This document shows, one piece after another, positions 8,475 to 17,015 of a stretch of DNA of 64,000 bases; within the stretch, counting starts at the first letter, position 1, and every line of letters begins with the position of its first letter. This stretch comes from an uncultured Planctomycetia bacterium (GTDB taxonomy: Bacteria; Omnitrophota; Gorgyraeia; 2-02-FULL-51-18; JAGOUK01): positions 232,674 to 296,673 of the forward strand of contig CAYSFB010000001.1 of assembly GCA_964430735.1 (NCBI GenBank), given 5' to 3'. Position numbers and translations under genes: made by a program. The notes beneath the pieces are model-generated. The model made no database searches. It was not told the DNA's origin and saw only the letters and a list, made by a program, of their open reading frames with translations.

Positions 8475-9897
8475 AACTGATCTCGCATATTTGGTTGGTG
8501 CGGTCACTCGTTTTAATGGTGGTATCGACATCAAGGAACATGTAATTCAATTGAAGGCTCGAAGTGGAGTCGATGGCGTAAACAAGAGAGACATTGGTGT
8601 CCCAGCGGACATCCTGCCGCGAAACATTGACCGTGCTGTTCGGATAATCCGGATCCTGAAATATGACGGGATCTGCGTCGTAATCGATCAAACGCACCGA
8701 CTGCCCCGCCCGAAGCGAGATGTGGCGCGTTGCTTGATAGTCGACCGACAGTCCGAACGTGTAGTTAAGAGGGTCGGTGGCTGTTTGCGTGACCTGCGGG
8801 ACATAGTCGGATTGCGAAGTCAGCGTAAAGCGGGTCTTGGCCGAATACAGATAAGTCAGAGCCGCCGCGTAAAGAAAAGCGTCCCGCGACTCAGTCCCGT
8901 CCAGATCCCCCTCGGTGATTTGGTAAATCAAGCGGGTGCGGTACAACAACTTGTCCGTAAACTTGCCGTTAAAGCCGGTGTAGATATTGTCGAAGTCCAC
9001 ATCGACCATGACGCCCTCCGGCGGCCGGCTGAGACGCTTGGTGTAACCGTTGACCCATTCGATTCTGTCCGAAAGATCGTATGCGAGGTTCAAGTCGAGG
9101 TCGTGGGCGCGGGAACTGATGTTGCTCTTGGTGTCGGACAAAAATGAGCGTGCGCTCAGTCCGTAGCTCGCCTTCAGTCGCATTTTGTCCGATACGGTGA
9201 ACAGCGACTCCACGGAATAGGAATGAGTCATGTACTGGGAAGGCTTCTGAGTATCGAGTTCGGTCCGAATGGCGGACATCCCAAAATTGCCGGTGAAGTT
9301 CCACGCGATCCTCCCCCCGCGCGAAAGCGACTGGGTCCAATCATGATCCGCCCGGTCGTTGTGGTCAAAGTTCTGGTGCAGCAGCCGTGTCAGCTCGTAA
9401 TCGCTGCGGTAAGTCCAGCCGTTCCAGCGGCCGGTCGCTTCGATGCCGGGGCTGTAGGAATAAATGATTTCGGGCTCGGCATCAATGCGCTTTTCGAAGA
9501 CGTTGCTCTCGGCCCGCGTCTTCATCCCGATGGTCGGATGCAGATCCAAGGGCACATTCGTCCGTTCCGCGCTCGCCTGCAAGCCAAAAAGCTCTTTGAG
9601 ATTATCCTTGGGAATAACCGGCTGTTGCGAATCGACCGTGGTCAGACCCTTGTCCTGCGGGCTTTTTTTTCCTGCGGTGCCGGCGGGGCTCTCGGTTCGG
9701 ATGCTTTCTTCGATCTGCCGGGAGGTCAGGGCGAGCTCTTCAAGCTGGGTGTCAATATCCTTCCGAAAGTCTTCCAGCACCTTCGAGGATTGTTTGCGGT
9801 TCAGGCTTTCGAGCTCGCTTTCGAACGACGCGTGAGCGGTCCACGAAAAGGCGAACGAACCTGCCAGCAGAAGGAATGCGGTTTTTTTATGCATCAA
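8458..9897 (-). CDS. outer-membrane beta-barrel protein, likely partner of the short OPX protein
   Basis: Signal peptide MMHKKTAFLLLAGSFAFSWTAHA; alternating amphipathic beta-strand pattern throughout; C-terminal ...YEKKF aromatic terminus typical of OM barrels. Encoded immediately upstream of the short OPX gene with a 17-nt overlap. Confidence 0.55.
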   Translation of the reverse strand: MMHKKTAFLLLAGSFAFSWTAHASFESELESLNRKQSSKVLEDFRKDIDTQLEELALTSRQIEESIRTESPAGTAGKKSPQDKGLTTVDSQQPVIPKDNLKELFGLQASAERTNVPLDLHPTIGMKTRAESNVFEKRIDAEPEIIYSYSPGIEATGRWNGWTYRSDYELTRLLHQNFDHNDRADHDWTQSLSRGGRIAWNFTGNFGMSAIRTELDTQKPSQYMTHSYSVESLFTVSDKMRLKASYGLSARSFLSDTKSNISSRAHDLDLNLAYDLSDRIEWVNGYTKRLSRPPEGVMVDVDFDNIYTGFNGKFTDKLLYRTRLIYQITEGDLDGTESRDAFLYAAALTYLYSAKTRFTLTSQSDYVPQVTQTATDPLNYTFGLSVDYQATRHISLRAGQSVRLIDYDADPVIFQDPDYPNSTVNVSRQDVRWDTNVSLVYAIDSTSSLQLNYMFLDVDTTIKTSDRTNQICEISYEKKF

Positions 9898-9924
9898 AAA
9901 TGACGGCTGTTTTCAGCCCCCTGA

Positions 9925-10353
9925 TTACGGAGTTACGATGGTGCCGGACGGCGTTTCGACCAGCAGCAGGTTTTGGTTCGCCTCGACAATCTCGTCTTCT
10001 TGCGCGGCCGTGAGGTTCTCGCCCAGCGCCGCGATCGATTGCTGCTCCAGAGTCGCTTCTTCGATCTGAGTTTGCGCCTCTTCAACTGCCGCATTGAGCG
10101 CCGCGCGCTCGGAGTCCGTAATGCTGGAATCCGCCAATTTCGTCATTACCGCCGCCAAAGCCTCTTCCGCAAGCACACGGCCGTAGGACTTCAATCCGGC
10201 TTGGGCGTCCGCCTGGGTGTAGGGGCGGTAGGTCCCTGAGCCCTCGTCAAAAAACACCTTGTACGGGTTCTCGAAGGTCGGCTTCAGCGAAGCGGCCATC
10301 CCGGGCGCCGCGATTCCCAAACACAGAGCGAGAATCAATGCTGATTTTTTCAT
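9925..10353 (-). CDS. secreted hypothetical protein
   Basis: Signal peptide MKKSALILALCLGIAAPGMAAS; Ala/Glu-rich helical C-terminal half; no recognisable family. Confidence 0.5.
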   Translation of the reverse strand: MKKSALILALCLGIAAPGMAASLKPTFENPYKVFFDEGSGTYRPYTQADAQAGLKSYGRVLAEEALAAVMTKLADSSITDSERAALNAAVEEAQTQIEEATLEQQSIAALGENLTAAQEDEIVEANQNLLLVETPSGTIVTP

Positions 10354-11225
10354 GATTTGCTCCCGGTAGTCTTTTCATCCATGCTCAAGCTGAACATCAG
10401 TTCACCAGAAAAATTATGCACCTTTGTGCTGCCGTCCGGCTCAAGTGTTCCCACGGACATGACAGAATCGGGTCCCTCCAAACGGAACGTGAGCGGCGCA
10501 AAATCCGGTTGCAGCACCAACGTTTCCCCCGGAATCAGGCTTCTAAATTCACGGCCGGAAGCCGTAGGAACCGCGATCTCGGCCTTCTGTGCATGCAACA
10601 CGCGAAGGGTTTCTTGTGACTTCCTGTCGGAGCGCAAATAGTCAATCGCGGGACCCAGCTTGGCGATGACTTTGGCCGCACCGCGGGGAATCAATGAATG
10701 CGTCTTGATCTTTTCGGATCCGGAAACCAGCGCCGTGCTGCCGGACTCGAGGCTGATTTCCGGCTCACCGCCGACGGGGCGGATTCGGGCAGGGCGGCTG
10801 GAGTTGGCCAGCGAAACGAACGTGCTGTTCGCGCGGCTGAAAAGATAAATGTCGCCGAATCCGTTATCGGTCACGACCTCGAACTTTTCGGTCGCCAACG
10901 CGAGTCTTGGAGCGTCGCGGACGATCAGCTCGCCGACACGGAGTGTAATCTTGGTCTCCTGGAGCAATAGGGAGGAATTCTGAAATATTTGAAGATATCC
11001 ACCGCTGGCTTTTTGAAGAAAAAGCACCCCGCCCACATCGACGGTAATGCGCTCATCATCCAGCTTGGTCTGGGGAAGTAGCGTGCTGACCGCCTTACCC
11101 TGAACATCCGTGGTATAAGCGCCCGAAGCATACAAAACCTCGTACTCGGCTGCCTGGGCTGGCGCCGTTAGTCCAAGACTTATTAAAAACAAACCGATCG
11201 AGAAGCGTAAGGCCTTCATACTCAT
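10350..11225 (-). CDS. secreted hypothetical protein (alternative leaderless start at 11219)
   Basis: Signal peptide MKALRFSIGLFLISLGLTAPAQAA. The first ATG (11225) lies 1 nt after a TATAAT box; the third codon (ATG 11219) is 7 nt after it. Confidence 0.5.
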   Translation of the reverse strand: MSMKALRFSIGLFLISLGLTAPAQAAEYEVLYASGAYTTDVQGKAVSTLLPQTKLDDERITVDVGGVLFLQKASGGYLQIFQNSSLLLQETKITLRVGELIVRDAPRLALATEKFEVVTDNGFGDIYLFSRANSTFVSLANSSRPARIRPVGGEPEISLESGSTALVSGSEKIKTHSLIPRGAAKVIAKLGPAIDYLRSDRKSQETLRVLHAQKAEIAVPTASGREFRSLIPGETLVLQPDFAPLTFRLEGPDSVMSVGTLEPDGSTKVHNFSGELMFSLSMDEKTTGSKS

Positions 11226-11226
11226 A

Positions 11227-11254
11227 ATTATACATTTTTGTATATTAGAGTCAA
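11227..11254 (-). promoter_or_regulatory. near-consensus sigma70 promoter TTGACT-16-TATAAT
   Basis: Minus-strand reading gives ccaTTGACTctaatatacaaaaatgTATAATtATGAGTATG. The -10 ends 7 nt before ATG 11219, suggesting a leaderless transcript. Confidence 0.45.
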
Positions 11255-11295
11255 TGGAAGATTACTATAATATTAAATGTAAAAGCGGGTGGGCT

Positions 11296-13155
11296 CTAAG
11301 CGAACTTTTGCTCTTGCCAGGCCTGGTAGAACTTCCCCCTTAGAGCGAGCAGGTCGTCCATCGCGCCGGATTCCAGAGCTTTACCGTCTTCCATGTAGAC
11401 GATATGGTCGGCGTTTCGGATGGTCGAGAGCCGATGGGCAACCACAACGGCTGTTTGACCATGCATTAGCTCGTTTAACGCTTCTTGGACCAAGTTCTCT
11501 GTTCCCGAATCCAAAGCGCTGGTGGCTTCATCTAAAAGAAGGATTTGGGACTTTTTTAACATCGCGCGAGCGATCGATACGCGCTGACGTTCTCCTCCAG
11601 ACAGCGTAACGCCCCGCTCGCCAATCACGGTATGGATCCCGTCAGGGAGCTTCTGGACCACATCCAAAAGCCGGGCGCGTCGGATCGCTTCTTCGAGTTC
11701 GCCCGCATCCACGTCGCGCTCGATACCGAAGAGGAGATTGTTTTTGAGGGTGTCCGCAAAAATCACCACATCCTGACTGACCCAGGCAACCCTCCTTCGC
11801 AGCGAGTCGATCGAATATTCCCGGATATCGATCCCGTCAATCAGAATCGCGTCCGGCGCGCAGTCATAGAAGCGCAGTAAAAGATGAATGATGGTTGATT
11901 TGCCGGCCCCACTGGGTCCGACCAGCGCCGTCATTTTTCCGCGCGGCAGCTTGAGATGAAGCCGCTTCAAAATCGGCTGACCGCCGCCGTAGCCGAATGT
12001 AAGATCTTTGACCTCGATCCCCTGCTTCAGAGACTCGAACTCCCGGACTCCGCCCTTCACATACGGTTTTCCCTCATCTTCCAAAACCTCGAGCACTTCG
12101 CGGATCGGGCTGGCAACCGATGCCAAATCGGCCTTGAACTGGTTGAAGACATGGACGGTGTAAATCATGCGTCTGAGAATATAAAAGAAGACGATGTAGG
12201 AAGCCGCCGATGCGGCCTGATGCCGGGCCATCAGCACCGACATGAAGCCGAGCATGATCAGCAAAAAAACCAGCGAAAGAATTTCCTGGGCCGGCGGAAC
12301 GATCAGCCGCTTTTGATCAATGCTGAATTCGGCGGTGAGGAGCCGCTCGCTCAGGCGACGGTATTCGGCCGTCTCGAGCTTTTCGGAACACTGGGATTGG
12401 ATCAGCGGAATCCCTTGAAGGATATTCACCGTTTTTTGGCTGAGAGCGGCGCGCGCCGAGCGGTCGGCTTCCGAGGATGTTTTAATCCGGTTGATGAGCG
12501 ATCGAAGTGAGAGCATGAGGAGCGGGATCATCAGCAACGCCACCAGCGTCAGCTGCCAGGAGATGATGCAGATCCCCGCCGCATAAATCAGAATCAGGAA
12601 CACGGCGCTCAACAGTCCGTTCAGACCAGAAAGCGCCTGCATGATGCGGACCGGATGGGTCATCAGCACTTGAGCCACTTCGCCGGTGCCGGCGCGGTCA
12701 AAATAAAGCTTTCCGAATTTGAGGTACCGATCGATCAGGAGTATCCGGAGATCGTGATTGAGCTTTCTGGCCTGATGCCAAAGAATAATTTGACTGAGGT
12801 AGGTCGCCAGACTCTTCAGAGTCATGGCCGCCACGAGCGCCAGAATCAGCAGTGCAAAAAGAGCGGTATTGGAAGACTGGGCCTCCGCCGGAAGCAGAGC
12901 GGTCACGTGCCGGATCATCGACGATTGATTCACGAATGAATAGTCGTGGGCCAAAAAACCCTGGATCAGCGGCGTCATCACAATCAGGGCCATCGCCTCG
13001 AAGGCGGAAGCGGCCAGCGCAAAGAACACCGGAACCATGATGTGTTCCGGACGCGCTTTGAGCGCCGACAAGAACTTGACTACTTTGATCGAGCCCTCGT
13101 AGAGCGCGTTCTTATTTTTCATGTTTGAAGACAAACTGGGGTAGTTTTTGAACAT
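11296..13155 (-). CDS. fused TMD-NBD ABC exporter (MsbA/PglK-like) within polysaccharide locus
   Basis: Six-TM N-terminal domain; Walker A GPSGAGKST; signature LSGGERQRVSIARAML; Walker B ILLLDEATSALD. An alternative ATG at 13122 (MKNKNALYEG) would reduce overlap with the upstream GT2 gene. Confidence 0.8.
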   Translation of the reverse strand: MFKNYPSLSSNMKNKNALYEGSIKVVKFLSALKARPEHIMVPVFFALAASAFEAMALIVMTPLIQGFLAHDYSFVNQSSMIRHVTALLPAEAQSSNTALFALLILALVAAMTLKSLATYLSQIILWHQARKLNHDLRILLIDRYLKFGKLYFDRAGTGEVAQVLMTHPVRIMQALSGLNGLLSAVFLILIYAAGICIISWQLTLVALLMIPLLMLSLRSLINRIKTSSEADRSARAALSQKTVNILQGIPLIQSQCSEKLETAEYRRLSERLLTAEFSIDQKRLIVPPAQEILSLVFLLIMLGFMSVLMARHQAASAASYIVFFYILRRMIYTVHVFNQFKADLASVASPIREVLEVLEDEGKPYVKGGVREFESLKQGIEVKDLTFGYGGGQPILKRLHLKLPRGKMTALVGPSGAGKSTIIHLLLRFYDCAPDAILIDGIDIREYSIDSLRRRVAWVSQDVVIFADTLKNNLLFGIERDVDAGELEEAIRRARLLDVVQKLPDGIHTVIGERGVTLSGGERQRVSIARAMLKKSQILLLDEATSALDSGTENLVQEALNELMHGQTAVVVAHRLSTIRNADHIVYMEDGKALESGAMDDLLALRGKFYQAWQEQKFA

Positions 13156-13870
13156 TTTTCAAAAAAACCGTCCACATAGGATGAGGAATGCCGGCTGCCC
13201 TGCAAATCCTGAGGTCCTCCAGGGACTTTTGCGCCATGGCGCCGATGTTACGGTTGCTGGCTCCGCCGAGTCTCATGCGCACGCAAAGCCGGTCCAGGTA
13301 ATGCGTCGAAATCCCCTCCCGGTACAAAAGCCGGAGCATCAGCTCGTAATCCGCGGCGATCCGGTACCGGACGTCGTATCCGCCGTAATCGCTGTACAGC
13401 TGGCGCTTCACAAAAAATGCCGGATGCGGAGGCATCCACCCGCGGAGCATCTGCCGCTTGCCGCCAATTCCTGATTTCCAGTACCGCACCGTGCGCTGGA
13501 GATCGGTCCGGCGCACATACGCCACATCACCGTACACACAATCGGCGCCCGTGACCTCAAATGCTTTGACGACGTCGGCAAGGACGGATGGATCGGCGTA
13601 AGCGTCGTCTCCATTCAAGACGGCGATCACGTCGCCGGTCGCGCACCCGATCCCCTTATTGATTCCTTCGTACATCCCGCCGTCTTTTTCCCGGACATAC
13701 CCGGCCAGCCGGCTCCCGTACTCTCGCACCACCTCCGGAGTGTTATCCGTCGAACAGGCGTCAATCACCCAATGCTCGATATCGGGGTGCGTCTGATCGC
13801 GAACGCTCTGAAGGCAGGACGCAAGCGCCGGGCCGCAGTTGAGAGACGCGGTGATGACCGATACCTTCAA
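13112..13870 (-). CDS. glycosyltransferase family 2
   Basis: MKVSVITASLNCGPAL...DACSTDNT...NGDD (DxD-type) GT-A fold motifs. TTG is the only in-frame start after the upstream stop. Confidence 0.8.
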   Translation of the reverse strand: MKVSVITASLNCGPALASCLQSVRDQTHPDIEHWVIDACSTDNTPEVVREYGSRLAGYVREKDGGMYEGINKGIGCATGDVIAVLNGDDAYADPSVLADVVKAFEVTGADCVYGDVAYVRRTDLQRTVRYWKSGIGGKRQMLRGWMPPHPAFFVKRQLYSDYGGYDVRYRIAADYELMLRLLYREGISTHYLDRLCVRMRLGGASNRNIGAMAQKSLEDLRICRAAGIPHPMWTVFLKNVQKLPQFVFKHEK

Positions 13871-13877
13871 CGGGAGA

Positions 13878-14429
13878 TCACGCGCTCATTTTTCTCGGTC
13901 GAACCGCTTGCGCCGGATTGCCCGCATAAATGGTCCAGGCCTCCAGATGGCCGGTAGCCACACTGCCGATGGCCAGCACGGCGCCCTCTCCGACGGTGAC
14001 GCCGGACGCGACGATGGAGCGGGCGCAGATCCAGCACCCCTTCTCCAAACGGATGGGAGATGCGGTCAGGCGGAAGGCCGGGTCGGTCCAATCATGATTG
14101 CCGTTTCCGATATACGCGCCTTGCGAAATGCAAACGTCCGAACCGATCTTCACGGACACGATATTATCAATCCATACGCGCTCGCCGATCCAGGAGTCGT
14201 CGCCGATCTCAAGCTTCCAGGGATATTTGACGTGCACGGACGGCTTGATCACGACTCCCCGCCCGATTTTGGCGCCAAAGCCGGTCAACACCGCCCGTTT
14301 GACTCCGCTCCAGACGCAGAGCGGGTTCCGCAGCGTCAACAGGCTTGTGATTTGCCAGCAGGCGTCGATCAGGATCGAGCGCCCCCGAACACCGGGTTCC
14401 GGTCTAAAATTTTTATTGTTGATCTGCAT
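13878..14429 (-). CDS. hexapeptide-repeat acetyltransferase (WcaF-like)
   Basis: Left-handed beta-helix repeats (IGDDSWIGERVWI, IGSDVCISQGAYIG). Trimmed to ATG 14429 (MQINNKN). Confidence 0.75.
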   Translation of the reverse strand: MQINNKNFRPEPGVRGRSILIDACWQITSLLTLRNPLCVWSGVKRAVLTGFGAKIGRGVVIKPSVHVKYPWKLEIGDDSWIGERVWIDNIVSVKIGSDVCISQGAYIGNGNHDWTDPAFRLTASPIRLEKGCWICARSIVASGVTVGEGAVLAIGSVATGHLEAWTIYAGNPAQAVRPRKMSA

Positions 14430-14514
14430 GTGCCGGCCTCCGCTCCGCATATTTGATCTTCATCCCTGCCGCATCCATCATATCCCACGAAGCTCTGTTT
14501 TGGGACGGGCGCCG

Positions 14515-15696
14515 TCAGGACGCCAACCGCTCCAGCGCTTCGGCGGCGGGATTGCTCCGCTCGTCCCAACTCAAATGTTCGAGAACATAGTCGTGCCCGG
14601 TTCGGCCCATCGCTTCGGCGCGAAGCGGATCGGCGAGTAAACGGTTCACCGCTTCCACAAGCGCCTCCGGGTCCGGCGACGCAATCAGCCCCATCGCGCC
14701 GTCCAGCTGCGGCCAGCCGCATCCGGGAGACGCAACGACCGGAATGCCGTAGCTGAGGGCCTCGGGGATCGTCAACGGCTTATCGTCCGCTGACGGCAAT
14801 ACGAACAAATCCGCCGAGCAGAACATTTCCTCTTTGGCTTTGCCGGCCACCGCGCCGGCAAAAGTCACGCTCCGGTCCAGTCCGAGCCGGGCGACCTCGT
14901 TCCGGATCTGCCGCATGTAATCCTTGTCTTCGACGGGTCCCGCGGCGATCAGCCTGGCATCAGGATTCTTCGCCAAAATCCCCGGCATGGCGCCAATCAG
15001 ATGAACGAGTCCTTTCTTCGGGTGAATCCGCCCCAGATAAAGAATGACGGATTCGCCGGCCTGGCGGCTGTGACGGGCGGCTTCGCGCTTTTCGCGGGCG
15101 GCCTTCACGGCGGCGCGATGTGTGCGCGGCAGATAGACACTCCGGTCGGGGTGCCGGATTCCGCTGCGATCCATGATGCCGAACTCGTCCTCGCGCATGA
15201 CAAAAACGGCACGTGCACGGTCGAGATTGTTTTTTTCGAACAGATTCCAATAAATTTTTTTCCGCAAAGGCTTCTGAGCCAGACTCCAGGGGGTCAGCAT
15301 GTTGTGTGTGAACACAACGTACGGAATACCCCTTCGGGCGCACTCGGCGGCGGCAAACGTGCACGGAAATCTCCACAAGCCGTGGATGCACACCATTTGA
15401 GAGCGCTCCGCCAGCACCCGGAACCGGCTCACAAAATCGGGCGAATACGCCAAAGGCAAGCCTGAAGCACCAGCCAGCCGGACCGGAATATCGACGGTCC
15501 GGCCGCCGGCCGGACGGATGCAAACACGCTCGGTTCCGCCCAAGCCCGGGGCTCCGATCGCCAGAATCGTCACCGCGTGACCGCGGGTTCGCAATGCCGC
15601 GGACAATTCGCCGATCAGCTCGACGGGCCCGCCGACCTGCGGCCCCCAATAGGAGACCACCTGAAGCACGTTCAGACGGCGCGCGTCCGGACTCAT
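14515..15696 (-). CDS. glycosyltransferase family 4 (GT-B)
   Basis: N-terminal domain LNVLQVVSYWGPQVGG and C-terminal EGLG-like motif. Start set at the ATGA overlap (15693-15696) with the upstream gene's stop. Confidence 0.8.
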   Translation of the reverse strand: MSPDARRLNVLQVVSYWGPQVGGPVELIGELSAALRTRGHAVTILAIGAPGLGGTERVCIRPAGGRTVDIPVRLAGASGLPLAYSPDFVSRFRVLAERSQMVCIHGLWRFPCTFAAAECARRGIPYVVFTHNMLTPWSLAQKPLRKKIYWNLFEKNNLDRARAVFVMREDEFGIMDRSGIRHPDRSVYLPRTHRAAVKAAREKREAARHSRQAGESVILYLGRIHPKKGLVHLIGAMPGILAKNPDARLIAAGPVEDKDYMRQIRNEVARLGLDRSVTFAGAVAGKAKEEMFCSADLFVLPSADDKPLTIPEALSYGIPVVASPGCGWPQLDGAMGLIASPDPEALVEAVNRLLADPLRAEAMGRTGHDYVLEHLSWDERSNPAAEALERLAS

Positions 15697-17015
15697 GTCC
15701 GCAAGCCTGCGGCCCATTTTCGGCCGCGCTTGGTCATTCCAAAATAATCACGGCGAACCCACAGCAGCAAAAAACACGGCCAAAACGCCATCCCCGTCCA
15801 CGCGATGACTCCGGGCAGATCGCCTCCGCGCAAGAGCGGTATCAGCACCGCGCAAAAAATGGCCTGCACCATAAGACCCGGGAACGGCCGGATCTCAAGG
15901 CTGTAATTCATAATCGCGGCAAAAAGCGCTCCATAAATCACGGACAGCAGCAAAATACCGATCCATCCGCCCTCCGCATAAAATGTTCCGATCAAAGTCG
16001 GAGAAATTCCCACCGTCCCCTGCCCGTCATCGATCGTCCAGCCCAATTTATTCATATACCCGCCGACGGGTTTGTTGTGCCACCAGGCGCGCGGAATCGG
16101 TCTCAGGAGCACTTCCAGATGCTCGCCTCCTTTGGAGTACGGAAGCATCTTGGGGTAAATTTGCCGCAACATGACGAACCCGTCCAGCATATTGGCGTCT
16201 TCCGCCTGGATGGCCCGCTGTATCGACAAGTCTTTGAGAGCTTGAGATTGGTCGTAAGTTTTAATGGTGCGCACGCTTCCAGAAGCCGAAAAAGCCGTCA
16301 ACGCCGCGACGCCGACCAAGGCATAAACGATGACCTTGATGCGGGGCTGAAGCCCCGCGGTCACGACCATTGCAGACGCGATGATCCATCCCAGTAATTG
16401 GAAACGTCCGTAAGGCTGGAACGTCTGAAAAATAAAGGCGATCACAACCATGAGCCCGAGAGACTGGGTCAGCGGAATCCTGAAATATCCGAACTTCCAC
16501 AGCAAAACGGTCAGCAGCATGATGCCGATCATGACCATGGGAAACAGGGACAGGTATCCGCTGATATCAAACGCCTGCGAAGCGCCTTGAATCACCTGCT
16601 CCATCACCTGGCGGCGCAGCATGATCACCATAGGCAGACATGCCGCCCCGAACAGCAGAACTTGGGGTCCAAGCCAGTTTAAAAAAGCCCGGTCCGGCAC
16701 CGTTCGCAAAATATGCACCGGCTTTCGGCGTGCAAAACAGTACGTGATCAGTAAAATCGTCTGCCCGAGGATGATATAGAGCAGCGCTTCGCGGGCCGCC
16801 TCGGAAGAGATTGGATCAAAACTCCATTCGTCTGACATGACCACCCAACGGCCGATGCCCGACGTCGCCGAAAAATAACGGTAAGCGCCCGAATACAAAA
16901 GGAAGCTGCTGATGATGAGCGGGACGACGTCGTTCATGCTAATCAACCAATACATCCCAAAAACCGTCAGAACGACCTGGATCCCTAGAAGAATGTCAAA
17001 ATCAAGTATGGGCAT
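15693..17015 (-). CDS. wzy: Wzy-like oligosaccharide repeat-unit polymerase (polytopic membrane protein)
   Basis: About 10-11 TM helices plus one large periplasmic loop with RPIPRAWWHNKP; no nucleotide-binding motifs. Trimmed to ATG 17015 (MPILDFDILLG), which overlaps the upstream stop. Confidence 0.6.
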   Translation of the reverse strand: MPILDFDILLGIQVVLTVFGMYWLISMNDVVPLIISSFLLYSGAYRYFSATSGIGRWVVMSDEWSFDPISSEAAREALLYIILGQTILLITYCFARRKPVHILRTVPDRAFLNWLGPQVLLFGAACLPMVIMLRRQVMEQVIQGASQAFDISGYLSLFPMVMIGIMLLTVLLWKFGYFRIPLTQSLGLMVVIAFIFQTFQPYGRFQLLGWIIASAMVVTAGLQPRIKVIVYALVGVAALTAFSASGSVRTIKTYDQSQALKDLSIQRAIQAEDANMLDGFVMLRQIYPKMLPYSKGGEHLEVLLRPIPRAWWHNKPVGGYMNKLGWTIDDGQGTVGISPTLIGTFYAEGGWIGILLLSVIYGALFAAIMNYSLEIRPFPGLMVQAIFCAVLIPLLRGGDLPGVIAWTGMAFWPCFLLLWVRRDYFGMTKRGRKWAAGLRT

